A stretch of 64,000 nucleotides of DNA, taken from Eledone cirrhosa (lineage: Eukaryota). The DNA lies in the NCBI GenBank assembly GCA_964016885.1, contig OZ024741.1, positions 21,824,001-21,888,000 on the forward strand, given 5' to 3'. Shown one piece after another: positions 15,001-26,120 of this stretch. The notes beneath the pieces were generated by a model, which made no database searches, had not been told where the DNA came from, and saw only the letters and a program-made list of their open reading frames with translations. Every line of letters starts with the position of its first letter. Positions within the stretch are counted from its first letter, which is position 1. The position numbers and the translations under genes are program-made.

Positions 15001-18000
15001 CTCAGTTCAAATCCCACCGAGAGAATGTCTCCTAGTATTAGTTCTGGTTCTCTGCTTTCTCAGTTCAAATCCCACGGAGAGAATGTCTTCTAGTATTAGT
15101 TCTGGTTCTCTGCTTTCTCAGTTCAAATCCCACCGAGAGAATGTCTCCTAGTATTAGTTCTGGTTCTCTGCTTTCTCAGTTCAAATCCCACCGAGAGTAT
15201 GTCTCCTAGTATTAGTTCTGGTTCTCTGCTTTCTCAGTTCAAATCCCACCGAGAGTATGTCTCCTAGTATTAGTTCTGGTTCTCTGCTTTCTCAGTTCAA
15301 ATCCCACCGAGAGAATGTCTCCTAGTATTAGTTCTGGTTCTCCATTTTCTCAGTTCCAATCCCACCGAGAGATTGTCTCCTATTATTAGTTCTGGTTCTC
15401 TGCTTTCTCAGTTCCAATCCCACCGAGAGATTGTCTGCTAGTATTAGTTCTGGTTCTCTGCTCTCTCATTTCCAATCCCACCTGAGAGAATGTCTCCTAG
15501 TATTAGTTCTGGTTCTCTGCTTTCTCAGTTCCAATCCCACCGAGAGAATGTTTTCTAGTATTAGTTCTGGTTCTCTGCTTTCTCAGTTCCAATCCCACCG
15601 AGAGAATGTCTCCTAGTATTAGTTCTGGTTCTCTGCTTTCTCAGTTCCAAACCCACCAAGAGAATGTCTCCTAGTATTAGTTCTGGTTCTCTGCTCTCTC
15701 AGTTCCAATCCCACCGAGAGAGTGTCTTCTAGTATTAGTTCTGGTTCTCTGCTTTCTCAGTTCAAATCCCACCGAGAGATTGTCTCCTCTTATCATTTCT
15801 GGTTCTCTGCTCTCTCAGTTCCAATCCCACCGAGAGAATGTCTCCTAGTATTAGTTCTGGTTCTCTGCTTTCTCAGTTCAAATTCCACCGAGAGAATGTC
15901 TTCTAGTATCAGTTCTGGTTCTCTGTTTTCTCAGTTCAAATCCCACCGAGAGATTGTCTCCTATTATTAGTTCTGCTTCTCTGCTTTCTCAGTTCCAATA
16001 ACACCGAGAGATTGTCTCCTAATATTAGTTCTGGTTCTCTGCTTTCTCAGTTCAAATCCCACCGAGAGATTGTCTCCTAATATTAGTTCTGGTTCTCTGC
16101 TTTCTCAGTTCCAATCCCACCGAGAGATTGTCTCCTATTATTAGTTCTGGTTCTCTGCTCTCTCAGTTCAAATCCCACCGAGAGATTGTCTCCTAGTATT
16201 AATTCTGGTTCTTTGCTTTCTCAGTTCCAATCCCACCGAGAGTTTGTCTCCTAGTATTAATTCTGGTTCTTTGCTTTCTCAGTTCCAATCCCACCGAGAG
16301 ATTGTCTCCTAGTATTAGTTCTGGTTCCCTGCTCTCAGTTCCAATCCCACCGAGAGAATGTCTTCTAGTATTAGTTCTGGTTCTCTGCTTTGTCAGTTCA
16401 AATCCCACCGAGAGAATGTCTTCTAGTATTAGTTCTGGTTCTCTGCTTCCTCAGTTCAAATCCCACCGAGAGATTGTCTCCTGGTATTAGTTCTGGTACT
16501 CTGCTTTCTCAGTTCAAATCCCACCGAGAGAATGTCTCCCAATATTAGTTCTGGTTCTCCATTTTCTCAGTTCCAATCCCGCCGAGAGATTGTCTCCTAG
16601 TATTAGTTCTGGTTCTCTGCTCTCTTAGTTCCAATACCACCGAGAGAATGTCTCGTAGCATTAGTTCTGGTTTTCTGCTTTCTCAGTCCCAATACCACCA
16701 AGAGATTGTCTCATAGTATTAGATCTGGTTCTATGCTCTCTCAGTTTCAATCCCACCGAGAGATTGTCTCCTGGTATTAGTTCTGGTACTCTGCTTTCTC
16801 AGTTCCAATCCCACTAAGAGATTGTCTCCTAGTATTAGTTCTTGTTCTCTGCTCTGTCAGTTCAAATCCCACCGAGAGTATGTCTCCTAGTATTAGTTCT
16901 GGTTCTCCATTTTCTCAGTTCCAATCCCACCGAGAGATTGTCTCCTAGTATTAGTTCTGGTTCTCTGCTTTTTCAGTTCCAATCCCACCGAGAGATTGTC
17001 TCCTTGTATTAGTTCTGGTTCTCCATTTTCTCAGTTCCAATCCCACCGAGAGAATGTCTTCTAGTATTAGTTCTGGTTCTCTGCTTTCTCAGTTCCAATC
17101 CCACCGAGAGAATGTCTCCTAGTATTAGTTCTTGTTCTCTGCTTTCTCAGTTCCAATCCCACCGAGATATTGTCTCCTAGTATTAGTTCTGGTTCTCTGC
17201 TTTCTCAGTTCCAATCCCACCGAGAGAATGTCTCCTATTATTAGTTCTGGTACTCTGCTTTCTCAGTTCCAATCCCACCGAGATATTGTCTCCTAGTATT
17301 AGTTCTGGTACTCTGCTTTCTCAGTTCCAATCCCACCAAGAGAATGTCTCCTAGTATTAGTTCTTGTTCTCTGCTCTGTCAGTTCAAATCCCACCAGAGT
17401 ATGTCTCCTAGTATTAGTTCTGGTTCTCCATTTTCTCAGTTCCAATCCCACCGAGAGATTGTCTCCTATTATTAGTTCTGGTTCTCTGCTTTCTCAGTTC
17501 CAATCCCACCGAGAGATTGTCTCCTAGTATTAGTTCTGGTTCTCTGCTCTCTCATTTCCAATCCCACCGAGAGAATGTCTCCTAGTATTAGTTCTGGTTC
17601 TCTGCTTTCTCAGTTCCAATCCCACCGAGAGAATGTCTTCTATTTTTAGTTCTGGTTCTCTGCTTTCTCAGTTCAAATTCCACCGAGAGAATGTCTCCTA
17701 GTATTAGTTCTGGTTCTCTGCTTTCTCAGTTCCAATCCCACCGAGATATTGTCTCCTAGTATTAGTTCTGGTTCTCTGCTTTCTCAGTTCCAATCCCACC
17801 GAGAGAATGTTTTCTAGTATTAGTTCTGGTTCTCTGCTCTCTCAGTTCAAATCCCACCGAGAGATTGTCTCCTATTATTAGTTTTGGTTCTCTGCTCTCT
17901 CAGTTCAAATCCCACCGAGAGATTGTCTCCTAGTATTAATTCTGGTTCTTTGCTTTCTCAGTTCCAATCCCACCGAGAGATTGTCTCCTAGTATTAGTTC

Positions 18001-19254
18001 TGGTTCTCTGCTTTCTCAGTTCCAATCCCACCGAGAGATTGTCTCCTAGTATTAGTTCTGGTTCCCTGCTCTCAGTTCCAATCCCACCGAGAGAATGTCT
18101 TCTAGTATTAGTTCTGGTTCTCTGCTTTGTCAGTTCAAATCCCACCGAGAGAATGTCTTCTAGTATTAGTTCTGGTTCTCTGCTTTCTCAGTTCAAATCC
18201 CACCGAGAGATTGTCTCCTGGTATTAGTTCTGGTACTCTGCTTTCTCAGTTCAAATCCCACCGAGAGAATGTCTCCTAATATTAGTTCTGGTTCTCCATT
18301 TTCTCAGTTCCAATCCCACCGAGAGATTGTCTCCTAGTATTAGTTCTGGTTCTCTGCTCTCTTAGTTCCAATACCACCGAGAGAATGTCTCCTAGCATTA
18401 GTTCTGGTTTTCTGCTTTCTCAGTCCCAATACCACCGAGAGATTGTCTCATAGTATTAGATCTGGTTCTATGCTCTCTCAGTTTCAATCCCACCGAGAGA
18501 TTGTCTCCTGGTATTAGTTCTGGTACTCTGCTTTCTCAGTTCCAATCCCACCAAGAGAATGTCTCCTAGTATTAGTTCTTGTTCTCTGCTCTGTCAGTTC
18601 AAATCCCACCGAGAGTATGTCTCCTAGTATTAGTTCTGGTTCTCCATTTTCTCAGTTCCAATCCCACCGAGAGATTGTCTCCTAGTATTAGTTCTGGTTC
18701 TCTGCTTTTTCAGTTCCAATCCCACCGAGAGATTGTCTCCTAGTATTAGTTCTGGTTCTCTGCTTTCTCAGTTCCAATCCCACCGAGAGAATGTTTTCTA
18801 GTATTAGTTCTGGTTCTCTGCTCTCTCAGTTCAAATCCCACCGAGAGATTGTCTCCTATTATTAGTTTTGGTTCTCTGCTCTCTCAGTTCAAATCCCACC
18901 GAGAGATTGTCTCGTAGTATTAATTCTGGTTCTTTGCTTTCTCAGTTCCAATCCCACCGAGAGATTGTCTCCTAGTATTAGTTCTTGTTCTCTGCTCTGT
19001 CAGTTCAAATCCCACCGAGAGTATGTCTCCTAGTATTAGTTCTGGTTCTCCATTTTCTCAGTTCCAATCCCACCGAGAGATTGTCTCCTAGTATTAGTTC
19101 TGGTTCTCTGCTTTTTCAGTTCCAATCCCACCGAGAGATTGTCTCCTAGTATTAGTTCTGGTTCTCTGCTTTTTCAGTTCCAATCCCACCGAGAGATTGT
19201 CTCCTAGTATTAGTTCTGGTTCTCTGCTTTCTTAGTTCCAATCCCACCGAGATA
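1..19254 (+). repeat. Satellite A, 58-bp tandem repeat, left block (~332 monomers; continues beyond window start)
   Basis: Consensus ATTGTCTCCTAGTATTAGTTCTGGTTCTCTGCTTTCTCAGTTCMAATCCCACCGAGAG recurs at 3, 61, 119... (period 58). Ends at CCCACCGAGATA where the RTE frame begins. Confidence 0.98.
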
Positions 19255-20993
19255 GATTACTAAATGAGGAGAATGCATGGGAAGAAGAGACCCTACCCCA
19301 CGTAGACCCTATAGAGGGACCAGCAGTACAAGTCAGCGGCAGCGTAGTAAGTAAGGCAATCAGAGATATGAAGATAGGGAAGGCAACCGGTCCATTGGGT
19401 ATAGCTGCCGAGATGCTGAAGGCATCTGGGTCTGTAGGTCACACTATAACCACACGTATCGTTAACCAGGTAATACTAGAGGGGGCCATACCAAAAGATT
19501 GGTGCAGTAGCATCATTGTCAACTGCTACAAAGGTAAAGGCGATGCACTAGATAGAGGAAACTATAGAGGTATAAAGTTGATGGACCAGGTCATGAAAGT
19601 AACAGAAAGAGTTATAGCACAGCTGATTAGGGACCGGGTGAATATAGACGAGATGCAATTTGGGTTTGTACCAGGGAAAGGCACCACTGATGCCCTCTTC
19701 CTTGTGAGGCAATTACAGGAAAAGTACCTAGCTAAAAATAAGCCACTCTACTTGGCATTTGTCGACCTTGAGAAAGCCTTTGACAGAGTTCCACGTGCAG
19801 TAATCTGGTGGGCTCTTAGAAAACTAGGAGTAGATGAATGGCTTGTGAAAGCGGTACAAGCCATGTATAGGGGAGCAGTCAGCAAAGTTAGGATTGGCAA
19901 TGAGTATAGCGAGGAATTTAGCGTACAGGTTGGGGTCCACCAGGGCTCTGTTCTTAGCCCTCTCCTGTTCATCATAGTCCTGCAGGCAATAACGGAGGAG
20001 TTTAAGACCGGATGCCCATGGGAACTCCTGTATGCTGATGACCTCGCACTCATAGCTGAATCTATGGTAGAACTAGAGAATAAATTCCAAACCTGGAAGC
20101 AGGGACTAGAGAGAAAGGGCCTCAAAGTCAACATGACAAAGACTAAGGTCCTTATAAGTAGACGAGAAAACAGAACCCAGATCCCCTCAGGGAAATGGCC
20201 TTGCTCAGTATGTAGGAAAGGTGTAGGTAGGAACTCCATTCTCTGCCCCAAATGCAAACAATGGGTACACAAGAGATGTAGCGGGATCTCAGGAAGCTTA
20301 ATTAAGAATGTAGGATTCACATGCAGCAGCTGTGCTGAAACAGCAAGCAAACAGCCACAGGAAACAAGTACCACCAATCTCTGGGAGGGCCCTGTAGAAA
20401 CAGTAGACAGCTTCTGCTACCTAGGTGACCGAATTAGCAACGGAGGTGGGTGCTCAGAAAGTACAATAACTAGGGTAAGAACGGGATGGAAGAAGTTTAG
20501 GGAACTACTACCACTGCTAGCTGCAAAAGGCTTCTCCCTCAGAATGAAAGGCAGACTGTATGATGCGTGTATCCGAACAGCGATGTTGCATGGTAGTGAG
20601 ACCTGGGCGCTGAAGGTGGAAGACTTACGTAGATTAGAGAGAAACGAAGCCTGCATGCTCCGATGGATGTGTAACAGTAATATACGTGAACGACAAAGCA
20701 TAAAGGAATTGAGAGAGAGACTGAGCATAAGAGGAATCAAATGCTGCGTGCAGGAGAGGCGGTTACGCTGGTATGGACATGTGATGCGTATGAAGGATGA
20801 CAGCTGCATAAAAAGGTGCAGAGCACTAGAAGTTGATGGAAACCGCGGAGTGGGGAGACCCAAGATGACTTGGGATGAGGTGATAAAAGCCGACCTTACC
20901 CAACTACACCTCTCAAAGTCAATGACACACAACCGTGACTTCTGGCGTCACGCAGTAATACAGGGTACCCGACCTCCCATGGGTACATGCTGA
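19251..20993 (+). CDS. RTE reverse transcriptase (N-terminally truncated, uninterrupted frame) with inserted PHD-type finger
   Basis: Motifs [39 protein letters not shown] (20031-20042), [23 protein letters not shown]. Frame is open 39 codons upstream of the ATG at 19368. Confidence 0.9.
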   Translation, partial: DRLLNEENAWEEETLPHVDPIEGPAVQVSGSVVSKAIRDMKIGKATGPLGIAAEMLKASGSVGHTITTRIVNQVILEGAIPKDWCSSIIVNCYKGKGDALDRGNYRGIKLMDQVMKVTERVIAQLIRDRVNIDEMQFGFVPGKGTTDALFLVRQLQEKYLAKNKPLYLAFVDLEKAFDRVPRAVIWWALRKLGVDEWLVKAVQAMYRGAVSKVRIGNEYSEEFSVQVGVHQGSVLSPLLFIIVLQAITEEFKTGCPWELLYADDLALIAESMVELENKFQTWKQGLERKGLKVNMTKTKVLISRRENRTQIPSGKWPCSVCRKGVGRNSILCPKCKQWVHKRCSGISGSLIKNVGFTCSSCAETASKQPQETSTTNLWEGPVETVDSFCYLGDRISNGGGCSESTITRVRTGWKKFRELLPLLAAKGFSLRMKGRLYDACIRTAMLHGSETWALKVEDLRRLERNEACMLRWMCNSNIRERQSIKELRERLSIRGIKCCVQERRLRWYGHVMRMKDDSCIKRCRALEVDGNRGVGRPKMTWDEVIKADLTQLHLSKSMTHNRDFWRHAVIQGTRPPMGTC

Positions 20994-21018
20994 AGCATAT
21001 AAACAATATGCCCCCCCC

Positions 21019-21160
21019 CCACCGCAAGGTGGTCGTGGAGGTGCCACGGCAAAAAAGCACCCAGCCCACACTGTAAAGTGGACGTGTAGGCGCAATGAAA
21101 AAGCACCCAGCACTCACTGTAAATGAGGTTGGTGTTAGGAAGGGCATCCAGCTGTAGAAA
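21019..21160 (+). other. Structured RNA modules (hairpin + H-type pseudoknot) in RTE-1 3' UTR
   Basis: CCACC-GCAA-GGTGG hairpin, then TCGTG-GA-GGTGC-CACGG-CAAAAAA-GCACC (S1 TCGTG/CACGG, S2 GGTGC/GCACC). Further hairpins CCAC-actgtaaa-GTGG and CTCA-ctgtaaa-TGAG. Pairings read by eye. Confidence 0.6.
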
Positions 21161-21294
21161 TCAAGCCAGATCAGTTCCTGTATGAGCAAGGCATGGTCAG
21201 CCGACCAGACACTGCCCACAACAGGACAACCCGTCTAACCCATACTAGCGTGGAAGAACGGACGTAAAACGGTGATGATGATGATGATGATGAT

Positions 21295-21303
21295 ATATAT
21301 ATA

Positions 21304-21358
<55 letters not shown>

Positions 21359-21370
21359 ATATATATATAT

Positions 21371-21410
<40 letters not shown>

Positions 21411-21449
21411 ATATATATATATATGTATATATCCATATATATATATATA

Positions 21450-21486
<37 letters not shown>

Positions 21487-21601
21487 CCATATATATATAT
21501 ATGTATATATCCATATATATATGTATATATCCATATATATATATATATATCCATTTATATATATCTCTCTCTCTCTATATATATATATCCATTTATATAT
21601 A

Positions 21602-21636
<35 letters not shown>

Positions 21637-21687
21637 ATTTATATATATCTATATATATATATATATATATATATCCATTTATATATA

Positions 21688-21728
<41 letters not shown>

Positions 21729-22352
21729 ATATATATATATCTATATATATATATATATCCATTTATATATATCTATATATATATATATCCATATATATAT
21801 ATCCATGTATATATATCCATATATATATCTATCTATATATATATATCCATATATATATATCCATATATATATATATCTATATATATATATCCATATATAT
21901 ATATCCATATATATATATCCATATATATATATCCATATATATATATCCATATATATATATATATCCATATATATATATCCATATATATATATCCATATAT
22001 ATATATCTATATATATATATCCATATATATATATATCTATATATCTATATATATATATATATCCATATATATATCCATATATATATATCTATATATATAT
22101 ATATATATCCATATATATATATCCATATATATCCATATATATATATCCATATATATATATCCATATATCCATATATATATATCCATATATATATATATAT
22201 ATATCCATATATATATATATATCCATATATATATATATATATATATCCATATATATATATATATATATCCATATATATATATATATATATCTATATATAT
22301 ATATATATATCCATATATATATATATATCCATATATATATATATATATATAT

Positions 22353-22386
<34 letters not shown>

Positions 22387-22430
22387 ATATATATATATAT
22401 ATATATCCATATATATATATATATATATAT

Positions 22431-22482
<52 letters not shown>

Positions 22483-22759
22483 ATATATATATATATATAT
22501 ATCCATATATATATATATACATATCCATATATATATATATATATCCATATATTTATATATATATCCATATATTTATATATATATCCATATATATATATAT
22601 ATATATCCATATATATATATATATATATATATATCCATATATATATATATCCATATATATATATATATATCCATATATATGTATATATATCCATATATAT
22701 ATCCATATATATATATATATCCATATTTATATATATATATATATCCATATATATATATA
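21295..22759. repeat. (TA)n microsatellite interrupted by ATCC/ATCT units (~1.46 kb)
   Basis: Direct reading; starts immediately after the (GAT)7 RTE tail. Confidence 0.98.
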
Positions 22760-23640
22760 ATGGAAAAATTTGAACAGGGACAAAACAGAGGCAGTACAAC
22801 GAATGTTTATTAATTTCACGCTCTGGAGAGTGGAGTGTTGGTGGGGGACGACGTTTCGGGCATAAGCCCTTCCTCAGGTGAGAAGTGTGTGGGAACAGAG
22901 TTCAAAGGGTGTGTAGGGGAGTGGTGGAGAGACATATAGCGAAAGGAAACGGTGCAAATGAAAAAATAAAGATAAGAATAAAAATAAAGTATGATCAAAA
23001 TACAAGGAATGAAATAAATTTAAATATAAAAGCATGATCCAAATAAACTGAAATTAAAAGAGGGTAAAACAGGTGGTGGAAGGGTGTGCGGTGTGTAGGG
23101 GTGGTGGCGGTTGGAGTGGGGAGAGGGAGACGGGGTGTCAGAGCGGGGAGGGCTGAAGGTGTTGTGTGTGTGTAGGTGTACGTGTGTGTGTGTGTGTATG
23201 TGAAAGTAAGGGTTGGGGGAAGAACGGGGTTGCATGTTCAGGAAGAGGTGTGTGTGTGGGGTGGGGGGTGGGGGGGTTGTGGGTCGGAGTGTCTGTGCGT
23301 GTGTGGATAGAGGGGTGGGGAGAGAGGAATCAGGAGGCTGAGTGTGTAAATATGTGGTGGAAAGCACGTGTGTGTGGGGTTTAAGCGTGTTGTTGGTGTA
23401 GGTGGCGTGTGGATAAAAAAATTTTTTTGGTGTGTGTGTGTGGGTGAGTTATATAGGTGATTACGTAAGAGGATGGTTGAAAAGTTGGTAAAATCCAAAG
23501 GTGTTTAGTGGATTCTGTGTTGGTCAATTTCTGCGTGCGGGTATTCCATGAAGCGATGGTCGGAAGAGGAGAGATGTGGGGTGCGCGCGCAACAGGAAGT
23601 GGTCAAGCAGTGCGAGTGCTGTGTATCTGTTTGTGATCCA
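22760..23640 (-). mobile_element. Non-coding Penelope-like (pLTR / retrozyme-like) element fragment inside (TA)n
   Basis: Minus strand has a hammerhead core, then AATAAA (+ strand TTTATT 22806-22811), then (TA)n. C/CA-rich body. Flanked on both sides by the same microsatellite. No GIY-YIG or RT frame seen. Confidence 0.6.
22846..22877 (-). ncRNA. Minimal hammerhead ribozyme-like core (Penelope-associated variant)
   Basis: Minus strand CTGAGGA-A-GGGC-TTAT-GCCC-GAAA-CGTCGTC: CUGANGA box, 4-bp stem II, GAAA box, vestigial stem III, GUC site. No convincing stem I in cis. Confidence 0.6.
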
Positions 23641-23660
23641 TATATATATATATATATATC

Positions 23661-23759
<99 letters not shown>

Positions 23760-23801
23760 ATATATATATATATATATATATCCATATATATATATATATA
23801 T
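23641..23801. repeat. (TA)n microsatellite with ATCC interruptions
   Basis: Direct reading; same composition as 21295-22759. Confidence 0.97.
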
Positions 23802-25625
23802 ATTGTCGGGGAGAAGTGTGTACTTAACGATGATGGCATACTTGCCATCACCGACGCTGATAAGAAGGTGGCTTGGAAGTGTCACTACGAAAGGCTTCTA
23901 AATGAGGAGAACAAATGGGAGAAAGACAGTCTCCCCCAGATCGATCCAATAGAGGGACCAGCAGTGTTAGTTGAAGGTAGTATAATAAGTAAGGCAATCA
24001 AAGATATGAAGACGGGTAAGGCGGCTGGGCCTTCGGAAATAGTTGCTGAGATGCTGAAGGCATCTGGTTCGGTGGGACACACCATGGTCACCCGGATAGT
24101 TAACCAAGTCGCACAGAATGGGGTTGTTCCGAAGGAATGGCGTAGCAGCATCATCGTTAACTGCTATAAGGGAAAAGGAGATGCCCTAGATAGGAGTAAC
24201 TATAGAGGCATTAAATTAATCGACCAGGTCATGAAGGTCACGGAAAAAGTAATAGCGCAACTAATCAGAGAGAGAATTGATCTAGATGAAATGCAGTTCG
24301 GGTTTGTGTCAGGCAAAAGTACCACAGACGCTCTTTTCATTGTACGACAACTACAGGAGAAGTACCTAGCTAAAAGTAAACCCCTATACTTAGCTTTTGT
24401 CGACTTGGAGAAAGCCTTCGACAGAGTCCCCCGTTCCATTATCTGGTGGTCTCTTAGAAAACTAGGTGTTGACGAATGGCTTGTGAGAGCTATACAAGCC
24501 ATGTATAAAGAAACAGTCAGTAAGGTTAGAATTAACAACGAATATAGTGAAGAGTTTAGCGTAAAAGTTGGTGTCCATCAGGGCTCTGTACTTAGCCCCC
24601 TACTATTTATTATTGCCCTTCAGGCTATAACAGAGGAGTTCAAGACCGGCTGTCCATGGGAACTCCTATACGCAGATGATCTAACGCTCATAGCTGAATC
24701 AATGACCGAACTAGAGAAGAAATTCCAAACGTGGAAGCACGGCCTAGAATCAAAAGGCCTTAAAATTAACCTGGCTAAGACTAAAGTTCTAGTTTGTAGG
24801 AAAGAAAATAAGGCGGCGGTCCCATCGGGGAAATGGCCATGCTCAGTGTGTAGGAAAGGCGTAGGTAGAAACTCCATTTTATGTCCCAAATGCAAAGTAT
24901 GGGTGCATAAAAGATGTAGTGGGATCACAGGTAAGCTAACTAAGAACATAGATTTTACATGTGGCCGGTGCTCTGGTGCAATAAGTAGCAGCAAGTGCCC
25001 ACAAAATACTAGCTCCTTCAACTGCGCAGAGGGTTCTATAGAAATAGTGGACAGCTTCCGTTATCTGGGTGACAAAATCAGCAGTGGGGGAGGGTGCTCT
25101 GAAAGTACAGTAGCTAGAGTCAGAACTGGATGGAAAAAGTTCAGAGAGCTTATACCACTATTAGCCGCTAGAGGGTTCTCCCTAAAAATGAAAGGCAGGT
25201 TATACGATGCCTGCATACGAACATCAATGCTGCATGGCAGTGAGACCTGGGCATTGTGTGCAGAGGATATACGCAGACTAGAGAGGAACGAAGCTTGCAT
25301 GCTCCACTGGATGTGCAATAGTAATATACGTGAACGGCAAAGCATAAACGAACTAAGGAAAAAATTAGAAATAAGAGGGATCAGATGTTGTTTACTCGAG
25401 AGAAGGCTACGTTGGTACGGTCACGTGATGCGCATGAAAGACGACAGCTGTATAACAAAGTGCAGGGCAATAAAGATAGACGGTAGCCACGGAGTAGGCA
25501 GACCCAGAAAAACATGGGACGAGCTGATAAATTCCGACCTCACACGCTTACACCTCTCCAAGACAATGTCACTGGACCGAGACCTTTGGCGGTACTCAGT
25601 AATAGAGAAGACCCGCCTTACCTAA
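23802..25625 (+). CDS. RTE reverse transcriptase (N-terminally truncated, uninterrupted frame) with inserted PHD-type finger
   Basis: [12 protein letters not shown]...YERLLNEEN...[11 protein letters not shown]...[13 protein letters not shown]...YADD (24669-24680)...FRYLG...[11 protein letters not shown]. Colinear with copy 1, with many synonymous differences. Confidence 0.9.
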   Translation: MVGEKCVLNDDGILAITDADKKVAWKCHYERLLNEENKWEKDSLPQIDPIEGPAVLVEGSIISKAIKDMKTGKAAGPSEIVAEMLKASGSVGHTMVTRIVNQVAQNGVVPKEWRSSIIVNCYKGKGDALDRSNYRGIKLIDQVMKVTEKVIAQLIRERIDLDEMQFGFVSGKSTTDALFIVRQLQEKYLAKSKPLYLAFVDLEKAFDRVPRSIIWWSLRKLGVDEWLVRAIQAMYKETVSKVRINNEYSEEFSVKVGVHQGSVLSPLLFIIALQAITEEFKTGCPWELLYADDLTLIAESMTELEKKFQTWKHGLESKGLKINLAKTKVLVCRKENKAAVPSGKWPCSVCRKGVGRNSILCPKCKVWVHKRCSGITGKLTKNIDFTCGRCSGAISSSKCPQNTSSFNCAEGSIEIVDSFRYLGDKISSGGGCSESTVARVRTGWKKFRELIPLLAARGFSLKMKGRLYDACIRTSMLHGSETWALCAEDIRRLERNEACMLHWMCNSNIRERQSINELRKKLEIRGIRCCLLERRLRWYGHVMRMKDDSCITKCRAIKIDGSHGVGRPRKTWDELINSDLTRLHLSKTMSLDRDLWRYSVIEKTRLT

Positions 25626-25793
25626 ATACAAAGTAAAAACCTACTACAGTCAGTAGGCATCTCTATCAAAACACACCCCCGTCCCACCACCTCCACCCCA
25701 CCCACACCGCCCCTTTCAATGTAAAGTTATGTTGGTCCCACAACATCCAGGCCGAAACAAATGAGATCGTGTAGGTGTCACGACAAAAAACAC

Positions 25794-26025
25794 ACAGTCC
25801 ACGCTGTAAATGTGGCCGTGTAGGCAACACGGTAAAAACCTCCCAGCCCCACACTGTAAATGTGGTTGGTGTTAGGAAGGGCATCCAGCTGTAGAAAACC
25901 CGCCAGACAGTCCACGCTGTAATGTGGCCGTGTAGGCAACACGGTAAAAACCTCCCAGCCCCACACTGTAAATGTGGTTGGTGTTAGGAAGGGCATCCAA
26001 CTGTAGAAAACCCGCCAGACAGTCC
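25794..26025 (+). repeat. Tandem duplication (113/112 bp) in RTE-2 3' UTR
   Basis: ACAGTCC at 25794, 25907 and 26019 delimits two near-identical copies (one 1-nt indel and one substitution seen). Confidence 0.95.
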
Positions 26026-26120
26026 TATGTGAGCAAGACAACCACTCTTGCCTCAAGTGGGAAAACCCCCGTCCAAACCCATGCAAGCGTGGAACACGGA
26101 CGCTAAACCTGATGATGATG

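Larger units (their letters stand above)
19251..21294 (+). mobile_element. RTE-clade LINE copy 1, 5'-truncated (RT, 3' UTR, (GAT)7 tail)
   Basis: Open frame from the satellite junction (DRLLNEEN...) through RT motifs; ~280-nt 3' UTR; tail (GAT)7 at 21274-21294; no endonuclease domain. Confidence 0.95.

Noticed and set aside
15431-18227. Short ORFs within SatA
   Set aside because: Chance loss of TAG stops in variant monomers; their duplication simply reflects the 1737-bp block duplication.
22760-23641. DNA transposon/MITE with ATGGA...TCCAT termini in a TA target
   Set aside because: The inverted match is only 5 bp and TCCAT is a common unit of the flanking microsatellite. The hammerhead and AATAAA fit a retroelement better.
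21171-23901. YI-repeat ORFs up to 513 aa and His/Thr/Pro-rich ORFs
   Set aside because: Translations of (TA)n and (CA)/C-rich low-complexity DNA.
19748-25345. Minus-strand ORFs overlapping both RT genes
   Set aside because: Antisense shadows of the RT frames with no recognisable domains.
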